Source: Vulcanimicrobiota bacterium
GTDB taxonomy: Bacteria > Vulcanimicrobiota > Xenobia > Xenobiales > JADMJV01
Assembly: GCA_050250895.1 (NCBI GenBank)
Contig: JBFWNU010000001.1
Coordinates: 32,001-96,000 of the forward strand
DNA length: 64,000 bases
Reading direction: 5' to 3'
Part shown: piece after piece, positions 37,409 through 45,704 of the stretch
How the letters are laid out: each line of letters begins with the position of its first letter
How positions within the stretch are numbered: the first letter of the stretch is position 1
Notes under the pieces: generated by a model
The model's database searches: none
Seen by the model: only the letters and a program-made list of their open reading frames with translations
Told to the model about the DNA's origin: nothing
Program-made: the position numbers and the translations under genes

Positions 37409-38316
37409 TTCGAGTCGGAGTCATATCGGGCCAGGAAATTTTCACCACCACGCTGGTCGAGGCTCTCAACGCACGTCCCGGCGTCCAGGCCGAGTTTGTC
37501 CGTCTCTACGAGACCCATCTCGAGACTCCGGCCGAATATGACGTGCTCATCGATCGTCTGAGCCACTGCCTGGAGTATTACCAGGCCTACCTCAAGCAGG
37601 CGGCCCTCAAAGGCACCTACGTCATCAACAACCCCTTCCGCTTTCTCTCGGACGACAAGTTCTTCAACTACGCCCTGGCCGACAAGATCGGCGTGGCCGT
37701 TCCCAAGACCGTATTGCTGCCCTCGCGCGAGTATGACGAGCGGGTGCTCGAACCCGAAGACCTGCAAAATCTGGGCTATCCGCTCGACTGGGACAAGATC
37801 GTCAGCCGGGTCGGCTTGCCGGCAATCTTCAAACCGTATGACGGCTATGGCTGGCGTGAGGTCCATAAGGTCGAATCGATGGAGCAGTTGCTCGAACTCT
37901 ACAACGAGTCGATGATGGACGTCATGATGCTGCAGGAGTTCATCGAGTTCGAGCACTACGTGCGCTGCTTCGTGGTGGGCAAAAAGCACGTGCTTCCGAC
38001 TCACTACGATCCGGTCGAGCGTCGCTATATCGTCGATCACAGCCATCTCACTCCCGAGTTGGGCCAGCGCATCGTGGGCGACTGCATTAAGATTTGCCGC
38101 TATTTAGGCTATGATATCAACACTGTCGAGTTTGCTATTCGTGACGGTGTGCCGTATGCCATCGACTTCATGAACCCGGTTCCCGAGGCCAAGCCCCAGG
38201 TCATCACTCCCATGTACTTCTCGTGGCTCATCGAGAAGGTGGTCGAGTTCGTGGAAGAGGTCGGCCAGGCGGGTAAAGGCAGCCCCTACTTCCTGGCCGA
38301 GCCTCTGCTCACTTAA
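37405..38316 (+). CDS. RimK-like ATP-grasp ligase
   Basis: VINNPF..DDKFF, VPKTVLLP, PAIFKPYDGYGW, MLQEFI, VEFAIRDGVPYAIDFMNP; ATGA overlap with speE. Confidence 0.85.
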   Translation: MIRVGVISGQEIFTTTLVEALNARPGVQAEFVRLYETHLETPAEYDVLIDRLSHCLEYYQAYLKQAALKGTYVINNPFRFLSDDKFFNYALADKIGVAVPKTVLLPSREYDERVLEPEDLQNLGYPLDWDKIVSRVGLPAIFKPYDGYGWREVHKVESMEQLLELYNESMMDVMMLQEFIEFEHYVRCFVVGKKHVLPTHYDPVERRYIVDHSHLTPELGQRIVGDCIKICRYLGYDINTVEFAIRDGVPYAIDFMNPVPEAKPQVITPMYFSWLIEKVVEFVEEVGQAGKGSPYFLAEPLLT

Positions 38317-38317
38317 G

Positions 38318-38350
38318 AAAAAGGGCCGGCACCCGCAGGCACCGGCCCTT
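38318..38350 (-). terminator. Intrinsic terminator between convergent genes
   Basis: AAGGGCCGG...CCGGCCCTT stem with A5 on the left (U tract on minus strand). Confidence 0.65.
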
Positions 38351-38373
38351 CCGCGATTAGGCTCCGTTCGTCT

Positions 38374-39510
38374 TTAGAAGGCGAATTGAGCGAAGTCGGG
38401 CAAGCGCGGTGAAGTCAGTTGCGTGCCGGTGGTGGCTCCCGCAGTGAGAGCGCCGTTAGCGTTGACGGTGAAGTTGGTCAGGCTGTTGTTGGCGAAATCG
38501 ACCGCGAACAGCAGGCCGCCGCGGGGGTCGAGAGCCACGAAGTTCGAGAGTTGACCAGCCGCGAAGGGCGAACCGGCCAGAGCGGCCAGAGCACCGTTGG
38601 TGCCGTTGACCGTGAAGGCCGAGACGTTGTTGCTGCTGTCGCTACCGACATAGACCACCCCCTGGCCCGAGAGGGCAGTGCCGCCGCAGTCAAAGCCGAG
38701 GGCCACGGCACTGCCGTTGACCTGAGTCAGGCTGCCGTTGGCGTTGACGGTGAGCGGCAGCAAGCTGGAGCTGTTGGCGCCGGCATCTTCAACCGAAGCC
38801 ACCAAGACCGTTCCGGAGGGGTGCAGCGAGAGGCCGTCGACCGAGGTGCCGCCGGCCACATTGCTGATGCTGTTGGCCGTGAGGTTGCCGTTGGTCTCGT
38901 TGACGGTGAAGGTTTCGATGCTGGCCACGCCGCCGTTGGCGCCAGCCACGTTGAGGAACAGGCCGTTAGCCGTGCGGGTGAACACCGGGGCCACCTGGGT
39001 CGGGTTCGAAACCAGAGCCAGGTTGACCGGGTTGGTCAGGCTGCCGTTAGCCGCGATGGTGAAGGTGCGGATCTGGGCGCCACCGCCACCCGCCGCATAG
39101 AGAAAGCGGCCGGTAGGGTCGACGGCGATGGCCGTTACCCCCAGCGGAGCCGCGAAAGGCGAGCCGGGCACGGCGGTCAGCAGACCGTTGGCCCCAACCG
39201 TGAAAGCCGAGACGTTGTCGCTGCCCTGGTTGGCCACATAGATCAGATTCTGATTAGGGTGGGTGCGCACCATCACCGGGGTGGTGCCGGCACTGGCCTG
39301 AGTGATATCGGCCGTAGCGCCGTTGGCTGTATTGATGTTCTTGACGGCCACGTTGTTGATGCCCGCGCCCGCGCTGGGAACGAAGATATGCTCGATCACG
39401 CCGCTCTGGCTGTTACCGAGGACAATCGCGTCGGTGCTATCGTCACACCCCGCGAAAAACAGAGCACCGGCCATGGCCAGTGCGATGCAAAAATTTCGTG
39501 CTTTCCCCAT
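38374..39510 (-). CDS. Lactonase-family beta-propeller lipoprotein
   Basis: Lipobox FFAGC; repeated blades (YVANQGSDNVSAFTV, VDPTGRFLYAA, GSPFAAG). Confidence 0.85.
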   Translation of the reverse strand: MGKARNFCIALAMAGALFFAGCDDSTDAIVLGNSQSGVIEHIFVPSAGAGINNVAVKNINTANGATADITQASAGTTPVMVRTHPNQNLIYVANQGSDNVSAFTVGANGLLTAVPGSPFAAPLGVTAIAVDPTGRFLYAAGGGGAQIRTFTIAANGSLTNPVNLALVSNPTQVAPVFTRTANGLFLNVAGANGGVASIETFTVNETNGNLTANSISNVAGGTSVDGLSLHPSGTVLVASVEDAGANSSSLLPLTVNANGSLTQVNGSAVALGFDCGGTALSGQGVVYVGSDSSNNVSAFTVNGTNGALAALAGSPFAAGQLSNFVALDPRGGLLFAVDFANNSLTNFTVNANGALTAGATTGTQLTSPRLPDFAQFAF

Positions 39511-39649
39511 GGTCTAATCAAACCATCCTGTAATCATGATTTTCGAGATGCGCCGCAACTCGAGAGCGGGAGGCTTTGCCACCACCGGAAACCCATCCTT
39601 CTGGAGAGGCAAAAATTCGCAAAGTCAGAATCACTATAGGAAAACCTGA

Positions 39650-40582
39650 CTAGCTCTCCTCGAGCACCAATTCACTGAAGAGGCGAGCTAGTTCGGGGTC
39701 GAACTGGGTGCCGGCATGGCGCAAGATCTCTTCGGCCGCTTCTTCGCAACTAACTCGTTCTCGATAGGGCCGGCTGCCGGTCATGGCGTCGAAGGTATCG
39801 ACAATGGACAACATGCGCGCCACCAGTGGAATCTCGTCACCGGCCAGACCGTCGGGATAGCCCTGGCCGTCCCAGCGCTCGTGGTGGCCGCGCACCGAAG
39901 CCAGAATCATCTCGGGCGCCTCTAAAGGCAACAACATCGCCTCGCCAATGACGGGGTGCAGCCGGACCAGTTCGTATTCCTCATCGGTGAGCCGGTCGGG
40001 CTTGTTGATGATCTCGGCGGGCATGGCCAGCTTGCCGATGTCGTGGTACTCTCCGCCCATCAACATGGCCTCCATGAATTCGTCCTGGTCGTAGGCGTCG
40101 AAAGAGGCCAGGGTCAGCGCTAAAAAGCCGCCTTCCTTCAGCTTGGCGCTTTTTTTGAGGTCCTTGCGAAACTTGCGATCCAGTCCCAGCATGCGGGCGA
40201 ATCGCGAAGCCAGCTCGCCCACCCGCACGCAATGTCGATAGCTCTCGGGGCACAGCCGTTGCATGGCCGCGTCGAGGGCCTCGTCGGCGCTCATATTGGG
40301 AAAGGCCTTGGCCAGGAACGAATAGGTGCTCTCGGTGAGCTTCTGAGCGGTGGCCTTGAGCACCAGCGGTGGAGGCGTCTTGTTCTCGCCAAACAGTCTG
40401 ACCATCAGGGTGAGGGTCTGCTGATCGGCCAGAGCCTTGCTGGCATCGAGGCTAAACGAGACCATGGAGGCTCCGTTGCGCGGGCCTCCGTCCGGCAGCG
40501 TGGTGGAGGGTTTCGAGACGGCGACTCCGGTCTGCAAAAAGGGAAGCCGACCCGAATTTCCGGCTTGCCCGGGAACGATCAC
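39650..40582 (-). CDS. HD-GYP domain phosphodiesterase
   Basis: HCVRV, HDIGK, HPVIG, HHERWDGQGYPDGL, DTFDAM. Confidence 0.9.
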   Translation of the reverse strand: MIVPGQAGNSGRLPFLQTGVAVSKPSTTLPDGGPRNGASMVSFSLDASKALADQQTLTLMVRLFGENKTPPPLVLKATAQKLTESTYSFLAKAFPNMSADEALDAAMQRLCPESYRHCVRVGELASRFARMLGLDRKFRKDLKKSAKLKEGGFLALTLASFDAYDQDEFMEAMLMGGEYHDIGKLAMPAEIINKPDRLTDEEYELVRLHPVIGEAMLLPLEAPEMILASVRGHHERWDGQGYPDGLAGDEIPLVARMLSIVDTFDAMTGSRPYRERVSCEEAAEEILRHAGTQFDPELARLFSELVLEES

Positions 40583-40601
40583 TGGTTAGGGCCTGGCCGG
40601 G

Positions 40602-40853
40602 TCAATGAGTCAGGGCCGGCAACTCGGCCACCTGGGCCGAAACGGGCTCTTCAAGCGTCACCTGGCAGGTCTCGATGATGCGCCCGTGAGCTTGTGCGGC
40701 CAGGCGAATGCGAGCGTCGAAAACGACTCCGTCAATCAGGATCAGGCCACCTTCGGGGGGACAACCTTCCTGTTCGAGAAGGTCGCTCAACAACAACCCC
40801 GGCGCGATGTCGGGAGAGATTTTCTGGCCGTTGAGAGTCAACTCGATTTGCAT
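40602..40853 (-). CDS. Truncated, cysteine-depleted CoxS/XdhC-like small subunit
   Basis: MQIELTLNGQ...PGLLLSDLL...ILIDG...LAAQAHGRII follows the first ferredoxin domain of CoxS but lacks the CxxxxCxxC cluster motif; downstream of an FAD subunit. Confidence 0.55.
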   Translation of the reverse strand: MQIELTLNGQKISPDIAPGLLLSDLLEQEGCPPEGGLILIDGVVFDARIRLAAQAHGRIIETCQVTLEEPVSAQVAELPALTH

Positions 40854-40889
40854 GTCGCTCCTCTACCCCCTCCGGTTTACCATGAGAGT

Positions 40890-41738
40890 TTAACTTGCGG
40901 GCGCCAACATGGTCAAGGCGCGCCGCACCAGAACTCCACTCATTCTTCGTCGATAGTCAGCGCTAGCGCGCATGTCGAGGATCGGCTCTACGGCTTCGGT
41001 CAGCACTGTCTCGGCCCGCTGAATCACCCGCCTCTCGAGCGGCTGCGCGCGCAAGACCTCCTCCGCCTCGGGCACGCGCCGGGGCGTTCTGGTGACGGCC
41101 CCGATGGCAATACGGGCCACCCGACAGCAACCGTCTTCAAACTCGATGTAGACGGCCAGGTTGACCAGAGCCTGGTCAACCGGCGTGGGGGCCAGTTTGA
41201 CGAAGACCCCGCGCGCGTTGGCGGGAGTCTTGGGCACGCGCACCTCGGTCAGGATCCCATCGCCGACAGCCGTCGTTCGGTAATCGACGAAGAACTCTTC
41301 GACGGGGATCACTCCCTCGCCGGCCTCGTCAAAAACCACGGCCTGGGCGTCGAGGGCCAACAGGGCCGGCGGCGTGTCGGCAAAGGGACCGGCCCCAGCC
41401 AGGTTGCCCCCGAGCGTGGCGGCGTTGCGGACGGGGGTGGGCCAACCCTCGCAGCTCGACCGGGCCAACAGGCCTCCGCCCAGACTGGTGGCCTGGGGCG
41501 AGGTCGCCAACTGCTGCATGGTGATGGTGGCACCAAGACAGATATGGTCGGTAGTCTCTCGGATGCGATCAAGTCCGAGACGAGTTATGTCGATGAGACA
41601 ACGAATCCCTGGAGGTGGATCGGTCACGATGTCGGTTCCCCCCGCGATTACCGCGGCCGCCCGGGCATATTCTTTCCGTTTCTGAATCGCGTCTGCCAGA
41701 TTCTCAGGGAAGTAGACTTCTTCGAGGTCTTTGAGCAA
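40890..41738 (-). CDS. Xanthine/CO dehydrogenase family FAD-binding medium subunit
   Basis: IAGGTD, LGATIT, VRNAATLGGN, ADTPPALLALDA, DMRASADYRR. Confidence 0.9.
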   Translation of the reverse strand: MLKDLEEVYFPENLADAIQKRKEYARAAAVIAGGTDIVTDPPPGIRCLIDITRLGLDRIRETTDHICLGATITMQQLATSPQATSLGGGLLARSSCEGWPTPVRNAATLGGNLAGAGPFADTPPALLALDAQAVVFDEAGEGVIPVEEFFVDYRTTAVGDGILTEVRVPKTPANARGVFVKLAPTPVDQALVNLAVYIEFEDGCCRVARIAIGAVTRTPRRVPEAEEVLRAQPLERRVIQRAETVLTEAVEPILDMRASADYRRRMSGVLVRRALTMLAPAS

Positions 41739-41855
41739 GCGATCTCCTCCTCTCCTAAAAGTTAAATTGAAGAACGCAAGTTCCCTGCCCCCGACGCACG
41801 GGCAGGAGGAAAATATCTACTCCAGAAGAGGCGCTTCAAACCGGGGAGGTGTATT

Positions 41856-42086
41856 GTGGAAACTTTACTCCAGGAATTTGCGCGAACTTTCGGATGGTCC
41901 ATCGTGGCCGCCCTGTGTATGGGGCTCGGCACCGGTCTGGCCATCAAGCTCTTTGACGTCATGACTCCCGGGGTCGACGAGATGCAGGAACTGAAAAACG
42001 GCAACACCGCTGTTGCCACCGTTCTTGCGGCCGTGGTACTGGCCACCGGTTTTGTCATCGGCATGGCCCTTCATCAACCCACTTGA
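41856..42086 (+). CDS. DUF350-like small membrane protein
   Basis: LFDVMTPGVDEMQELKNGNTAVA between two TM helices; GGAGG SD. Confidence 0.75.
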   Translation: METLLQEFARTFGWSIVAALCMGLGTGLAIKLFDVMTPGVDEMQELKNGNTAVATVLAAVVLATGFVIGMALHQPT

Positions 42087-42823
42087 GCCAGCTCAAGGTC
42101 CATCGGGTAGCGGTTCTTAGCGACAACTACTGCTACATTCTCGAAGACCCGGCCACCCGCCAGGCCGTGCTGGTCGATCCGCCCGTGGTCGAGCCCCTGG
42201 TAGAGGTGCTCGAGCGCCACAACCTGAGACCGGTGGCCATCTGGGTGACCCATCACCATCACGACCACACCGGCGGGGTGACCGAGTTGCGCCGACGCTA
42301 CGACCTGCCCGTCTACGCTTCGGCGGCCGACCGGGGCCGGGTGCCCGACCAGACTCACGAACTCAAAGAAGGCGACCAGCTCGAGTTCGCCGGCCAGTCC
42401 GTCGACATCTTCGAGGTGCCCGGTCACTCGTCGGGCCACATCGCCTACTACACTCCGGGCCACGTCTTCTCGGGCGATGTCGTGTTCGGCGCCAGCTGCG
42501 GCCGCATTTTCGAAGGCACGCCCGCCCAGATGTACGCCTCGGTGCAAAAGATTGCCTCGCTGCCCGAAGACACCAACATCTGGTGCGGCCACGAGTATAC
42601 CCTGGGCAACCTCAAGTTCGCAGCCGGGGTCGACCCCGACAACTCTGCCCTGAAAGAACGCCTGGCTAAAGCGTCGGTGCCCACCGTTCCCCTCCAGGTG
42701 GGCCTCGAGAAGGCCACCAACCCGTTCATGCGCTGCGACCAGCCGGCTATCCAGCAATACGCCGGCCACTCAGACCCCATCGAGGTCTTCGCCGAGGTCC
42801 GCCGTCGCAAAGACGCGGGTTAG
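42083..42823 (+). CDS. gloB: Hydroxyacylglutathione hydrolase (glyoxalase II)
   Basis: DNYCY, THHHHDHTGG, PGHSSGH, FSGD..F..SCGR, CGHEYT..N..FA, EKATNPFMR. Confidence 0.93.
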   Translation: MSQLKVHRVAVLSDNYCYILEDPATRQAVLVDPPVVEPLVEVLERHNLRPVAIWVTHHHHDHTGGVTELRRRYDLPVYASAADRGRVPDQTHELKEGDQLEFAGQSVDIFEVPGHSSGHIAYYTPGHVFSGDVVFGASCGRIFEGTPAQMYASVQKIASLPEDTNIWCGHEYTLGNLKFAAGVDPDNSALKERLAKASVPTVPLQVGLEKATNPFMRCDQPAIQQYAGHSDPIEVFAEVRRRKDAG

Positions 42824-44208
42824 ACGACCGCGGCGTCGAGGAAAGAGAAGCCACCCAGCACCAGGCCTTCGTCCATGGACGTGTCTTTGGTGCGCAGCAG
42901 GTAACCGCGGGCCTGGTTGAAGACCGGCTCGCGCTCGACATCGGGGTAATAGGCCAGACCGAAGAAGCCCATCTCGGTGAAGCATTCACAGGGGACCGGT
43001 TCGTGATTGACCAGCCGCACCGAGCGGAACGGGTCTTGCACGATTTTCTCCATCAGGATGAAGGCCTCGGCCTCGCGTTCTGTGATGGAACCGAGCTTGG
43101 CCACCATCTGGTCGCCGAAATAGTTGTTGCCGCCGCCCTCGCGGTGGGGCTTGAGCACCCAGGCGTCGGGGTTGGCCAGGGCCAACTCGCGAGCGGGCGC
43201 TTTCTGGCCGTGCCACTCGATCTCTTGGCCGAGGTTGGCGAAACCCACCATGGACTTGAGCAGGCGATCGGCCACTTCGGGCGAGACGAACTGCTCGAGT
43301 AGCTCGCGGCGGGCCAGCTTGAGCTGAATCATCTTGGTATTGGCCAGCTGGGTGCGGGCGTTGGGCACCGACACGGCCGTGCTAGCCTCGATCAACTGGC
43401 GCGCTTTCCAGGCATACTCGTTGGGATAGTGGTGGGGAGCGTAGCCGCTGCGGAAGTAGGCGATGGCCACCGGCTCGTCGCGAAAATAGAGCACCCCATC
43501 GCGCAACTCCCCCTCGCGACCGAGGGTTTCGAGGTTGGTGCGGGCAGTGGGCACGCCATAAAGGCGATGGAGACGAACCTCCGAGATGCGTTGGCCGAAG
43601 GCGTTGGGCTCGCCGTCGGGCACCAGATAGAGCACCACGCCGGGGTTGCCGATGGCCCGGTAACCCTCGTTGAGAGCCCAGGTCAGGCCTTCTCCGGCCG
43701 AGTTGTCGACCAGGTTGGCGGCCAGCGGATTGTGCCGGTAGAGATAACGATGCATCTCGTAGACCTTGGCCGAGGCTTCGCCCAGGGCCGAGGCCATCAG
43801 GTTCATCTCGACCTGCTTGGGCCAGACACCGGTGGGGGTGCTGGCCGGCATGCAGTCGTTGCGATTGAGGTAAAGCGCAGGCTTGCCAGGCCGCTCTTGC
43901 TCGAGTGCCTGAAAAAGATGGGCGATGAATTCGTCGGCCGAGCGAGCGGTACCAAGGTGCCGGGAGAGAAAGTCGGTGTCCTGGGCGACCCGGTGATAGA
44001 GGTCGTTGTAGAGGACCGTCAGCTCGCGAGTTTCTTCGACGAAGCTCGATTCGGCCTTCCAGGGGACCAGCGAGAGGGGCAGATGGGTGACCCCTCCTCC
44101 GTCGACGTAACGGATGATGCCGTGGGCCAGGGCGAACTCGGCCGCCTCACGGGCCAGATTGGAGGCGTTCTCCAGCAGTTGGATGTGCCTCTCGGCGGTG
44201 ATAGACAT
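42820..44208 (-). CDS. Glutathione synthetase, eukaryotic type
   Basis: 462 aa; ALAHG, LNRND, KQVEMN, AYFRSGYAP..Y, QLANTK.IQ, VLKPHREGGGNN, ILMEKI, EMG.FG, GYLLRTK..EG.V.GGF..LD. Confidence 0.85.
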   Translation of the reverse strand: MSITAERHIQLLENASNLAREAAEFALAHGIIRYVDGGGVTHLPLSLVPWKAESSFVEETRELTVLYNDLYHRVAQDTDFLSRHLGTARSADEFIAHLFQALEQERPGKPALYLNRNDCMPASTPTGVWPKQVEMNLMASALGEASAKVYEMHRYLYRHNPLAANLVDNSAGEGLTWALNEGYRAIGNPGVVLYLVPDGEPNAFGQRISEVRLHRLYGVPTARTNLETLGREGELRDGVLYFRDEPVAIAYFRSGYAPHHYPNEYAWKARQLIEASTAVSVPNARTQLANTKMIQLKLARRELLEQFVSPEVADRLLKSMVGFANLGQEIEWHGQKAPARELALANPDAWVLKPHREGGGNNYFGDQMVAKLGSITEREAEAFILMEKIVQDPFRSVRLVNHEPVPCECFTEMGFFGLAYYPDVEREPVFNQARGYLLRTKDTSMDEGLVLGGFSFLDAAVV

Positions 44209-44287
44209 CGATAGTCCTTACCTCCACACTCCCTGGGGAGCGCCATTCCCCTTGGGGGCAAAGACACCTGCCGTGAAAAACAAATGG

Positions 44288-44488
44288 GTCCGGCACTGCG
44301 AGCTCGGTGGCGAGCCAGTACCTGAACCTGCCAAAGCAGGCGGGCGCACCTCTAACCCGGACCCCTTCAGGACTCCCCCGCCGCGAACGACAGGGGCACT
44401 CAACACAGGGGCCGGAGTCATGCTCCCCAGGTAAAAACGTTGGCTCAGTACTAGTGCCCGAGCAACACCAGAGTCGCAGGAACCGGAC
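44288..44488 (-). ncRNA. ssrS: 6S RNA
   Basis: ~200-nt rod: 5' GTCCGG..CTGCGA.CTC.GGTG pairs with 3' CACCGAGCTCGCAG..CCGGAC; CAGTAC/GTACTG inner stem; 6S-like GCGCCCGCCTGC..GCAGGTTC block; consensus promoter immediately upstream. Confidence 0.75.
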
Positions 44489-44497
44489 TTAATCCGC

Positions 44498-44540
44498 ATC
44501 ATAGCACTCTCTTGACTCCCTGACAAGAAGTTGCTATGAT
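44498..44540. promoter_or_regulatory. Overlapping divergent sigma70 promoters for 6S RNA (-) and rpsT (+)
   Basis: Plus: TTGACT(44512-44517)-17-TATGAT(44535-44540). Minus: TTGTCA(44526-44521)-17-TATGAT(44503-44498). Confidence 0.75.
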
Positions 44541-44573
44541 GCAACGACTTTCGAGCAATCTGGAGACGATTCC

Positions 44574-44837
44574 GTGGCTAATACCAAGAACGCCAAGAAA
44601 ATGATTAAGGTGAACGAACGGCGGCGCAAGCGCAACCAGTCGATTCGCACCACCATCAAGACCACTTTCAAGAAAGCCACTCAGGCTCTCGAAGCCGGTC
44701 AGGCCGACGAGGCCACCGAAGCCGCCCGCAAAGCCGTTTCGGCCATCGATCGCGCGGTAGCCAAAGGCACCGTGCACAGAAACACCGCCGCGCGCAAGAA
44801 GTCGCGCCTGATGAAAAAGGTCAACGCGCTCGCCTAA
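44574..44837 (+). CDS. rpsT: 30S ribosomal protein S20
   Basis: MANTKNAKK...RNQSIRTTIKT...IDRAVAKGTVHRNTAARKKSRL. Confidence 0.97.
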   Translation: MANTKNAKKMIKVNERRRKRNQSIRTTIKTTFKKATQALEAGQADEATEAARKAVSAIDRAVAKGTVHRNTAARKKSRLMKKVNALA

Positions 44838-44865
44838 ACCAGGCAGAGCCGGCTCGAAAGAAGAC

Positions 44866-44890
44866 AGGACCGCACGCAGCGGTCCTTTTT
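44866..44890 (+). terminator. rpsT intrinsic terminator
   Basis: AGGACCGC-ACGCA-GCGGTCCT followed by T tract. Confidence 0.8.
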
Positions 44891-45654
44891 CATTGTCTGC
44901 CGGCCGGCTGGCGGGGGGGAAAGTAAAGCGTAAAGTCGTCATAGTCGTGATAGGCGATGGTGTCCAGCGGCTGCCCCATCGCCACATACCGGTCGAGCAG
45001 GTCCTGGCCCACGGAATTGACCCGATCGGCCCAATTGCCCGACACGTCGTATTGGGCAACCACCCCCCGCTGGTCGGTGATCATGTGAGCTTGCGCGTAG
45101 GCCCCCTCGGGCAGCTCGCCTTCGGTGGGATAGACATAGACCTTTTCCTCCACCGGCTCGGTGCCGACGAAGGAAAACGACACCAGGCCCTGGGGGTGGC
45201 GCGCGGCCGTGGACTTCACCAGCAAGTCGCGCAAACGAGGCAGTGGCAGTTTTTCGATCTCGTCGAGGCGAAAATAGACTTTGAACTGCTCGGCCTCGAA
45301 GTCCCAACCGAGCATATAGAAATGACAGCCCGGTGCCTCCCAGAAAACGGGATCCAGGGGCACCGCTCGGGCTTCGACCAGCGGCCGCGCCAGCTCGGCC
45401 AGTGGCTGGGCGTGAGCCACCGTGCCGTAGGCCAGGCGGGTCGAGTTGCATCGCTCGTCCTTGACCCGATGGCTGTACGTGTAATAGCTGAAATGCGGTC
45501 CGTCGCCCCAATCATGGGCCTCTTCTGATTTGGCCAGTTTGAAGCAGGCCTCGAGATAGGCCCACTCGCCCGGCGTGACAGCCCGACGAAAGTTGAAGAA
45601 ATTGCGGCAATGCCAGGTGAAGAAATAGCGATGGAAGCGCTCGAATCGATCCAT
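44890..45654 (-). CDS. Hypothetical protein, possibly ABBA (PT-barrel) aromatic prenyltransferase-like
   Basis: Five apparent beta-hairpins, with KVY motifs (LGWDFEAEQFKVYFR; SFSF..EEKVYVY) and terminal FTLYF; function is inference. Confidence 0.6.
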   Translation of the reverse strand: MDRFERFHRYFFTWHCRNFFNFRRAVTPGEWAYLEACFKLAKSEEAHDWGDGPHFSYYTYSHRVKDERCNSTRLAYGTVAHAQPLAELARPLVEARAVPLDPVFWEAPGCHFYMLGWDFEAEQFKVYFRLDEIEKLPLPRLRDLLVKSTAARHPQGLVSFSFVGTEPVEEKVYVYPTEGELPEGAYAQAHMITDQRGVVAQYDVSGNWADRVNSVGQDLLDRYVAMGQPLDTIAYHDYDDFTLYFPPRQPAGRQ

Positions 45655-45704
45655 TCTGGCTGTTTGGTAAAAGGTGGTCGGTAATCCTGGTCTAACCAGT
45701 CACG

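Noticed and set aside
44114-44544. ORFs 44114-44434, 44218-44544 and 44307-44492
   Set aside because: No recognisable protein features; region is better explained by the 6S RNA and promoters
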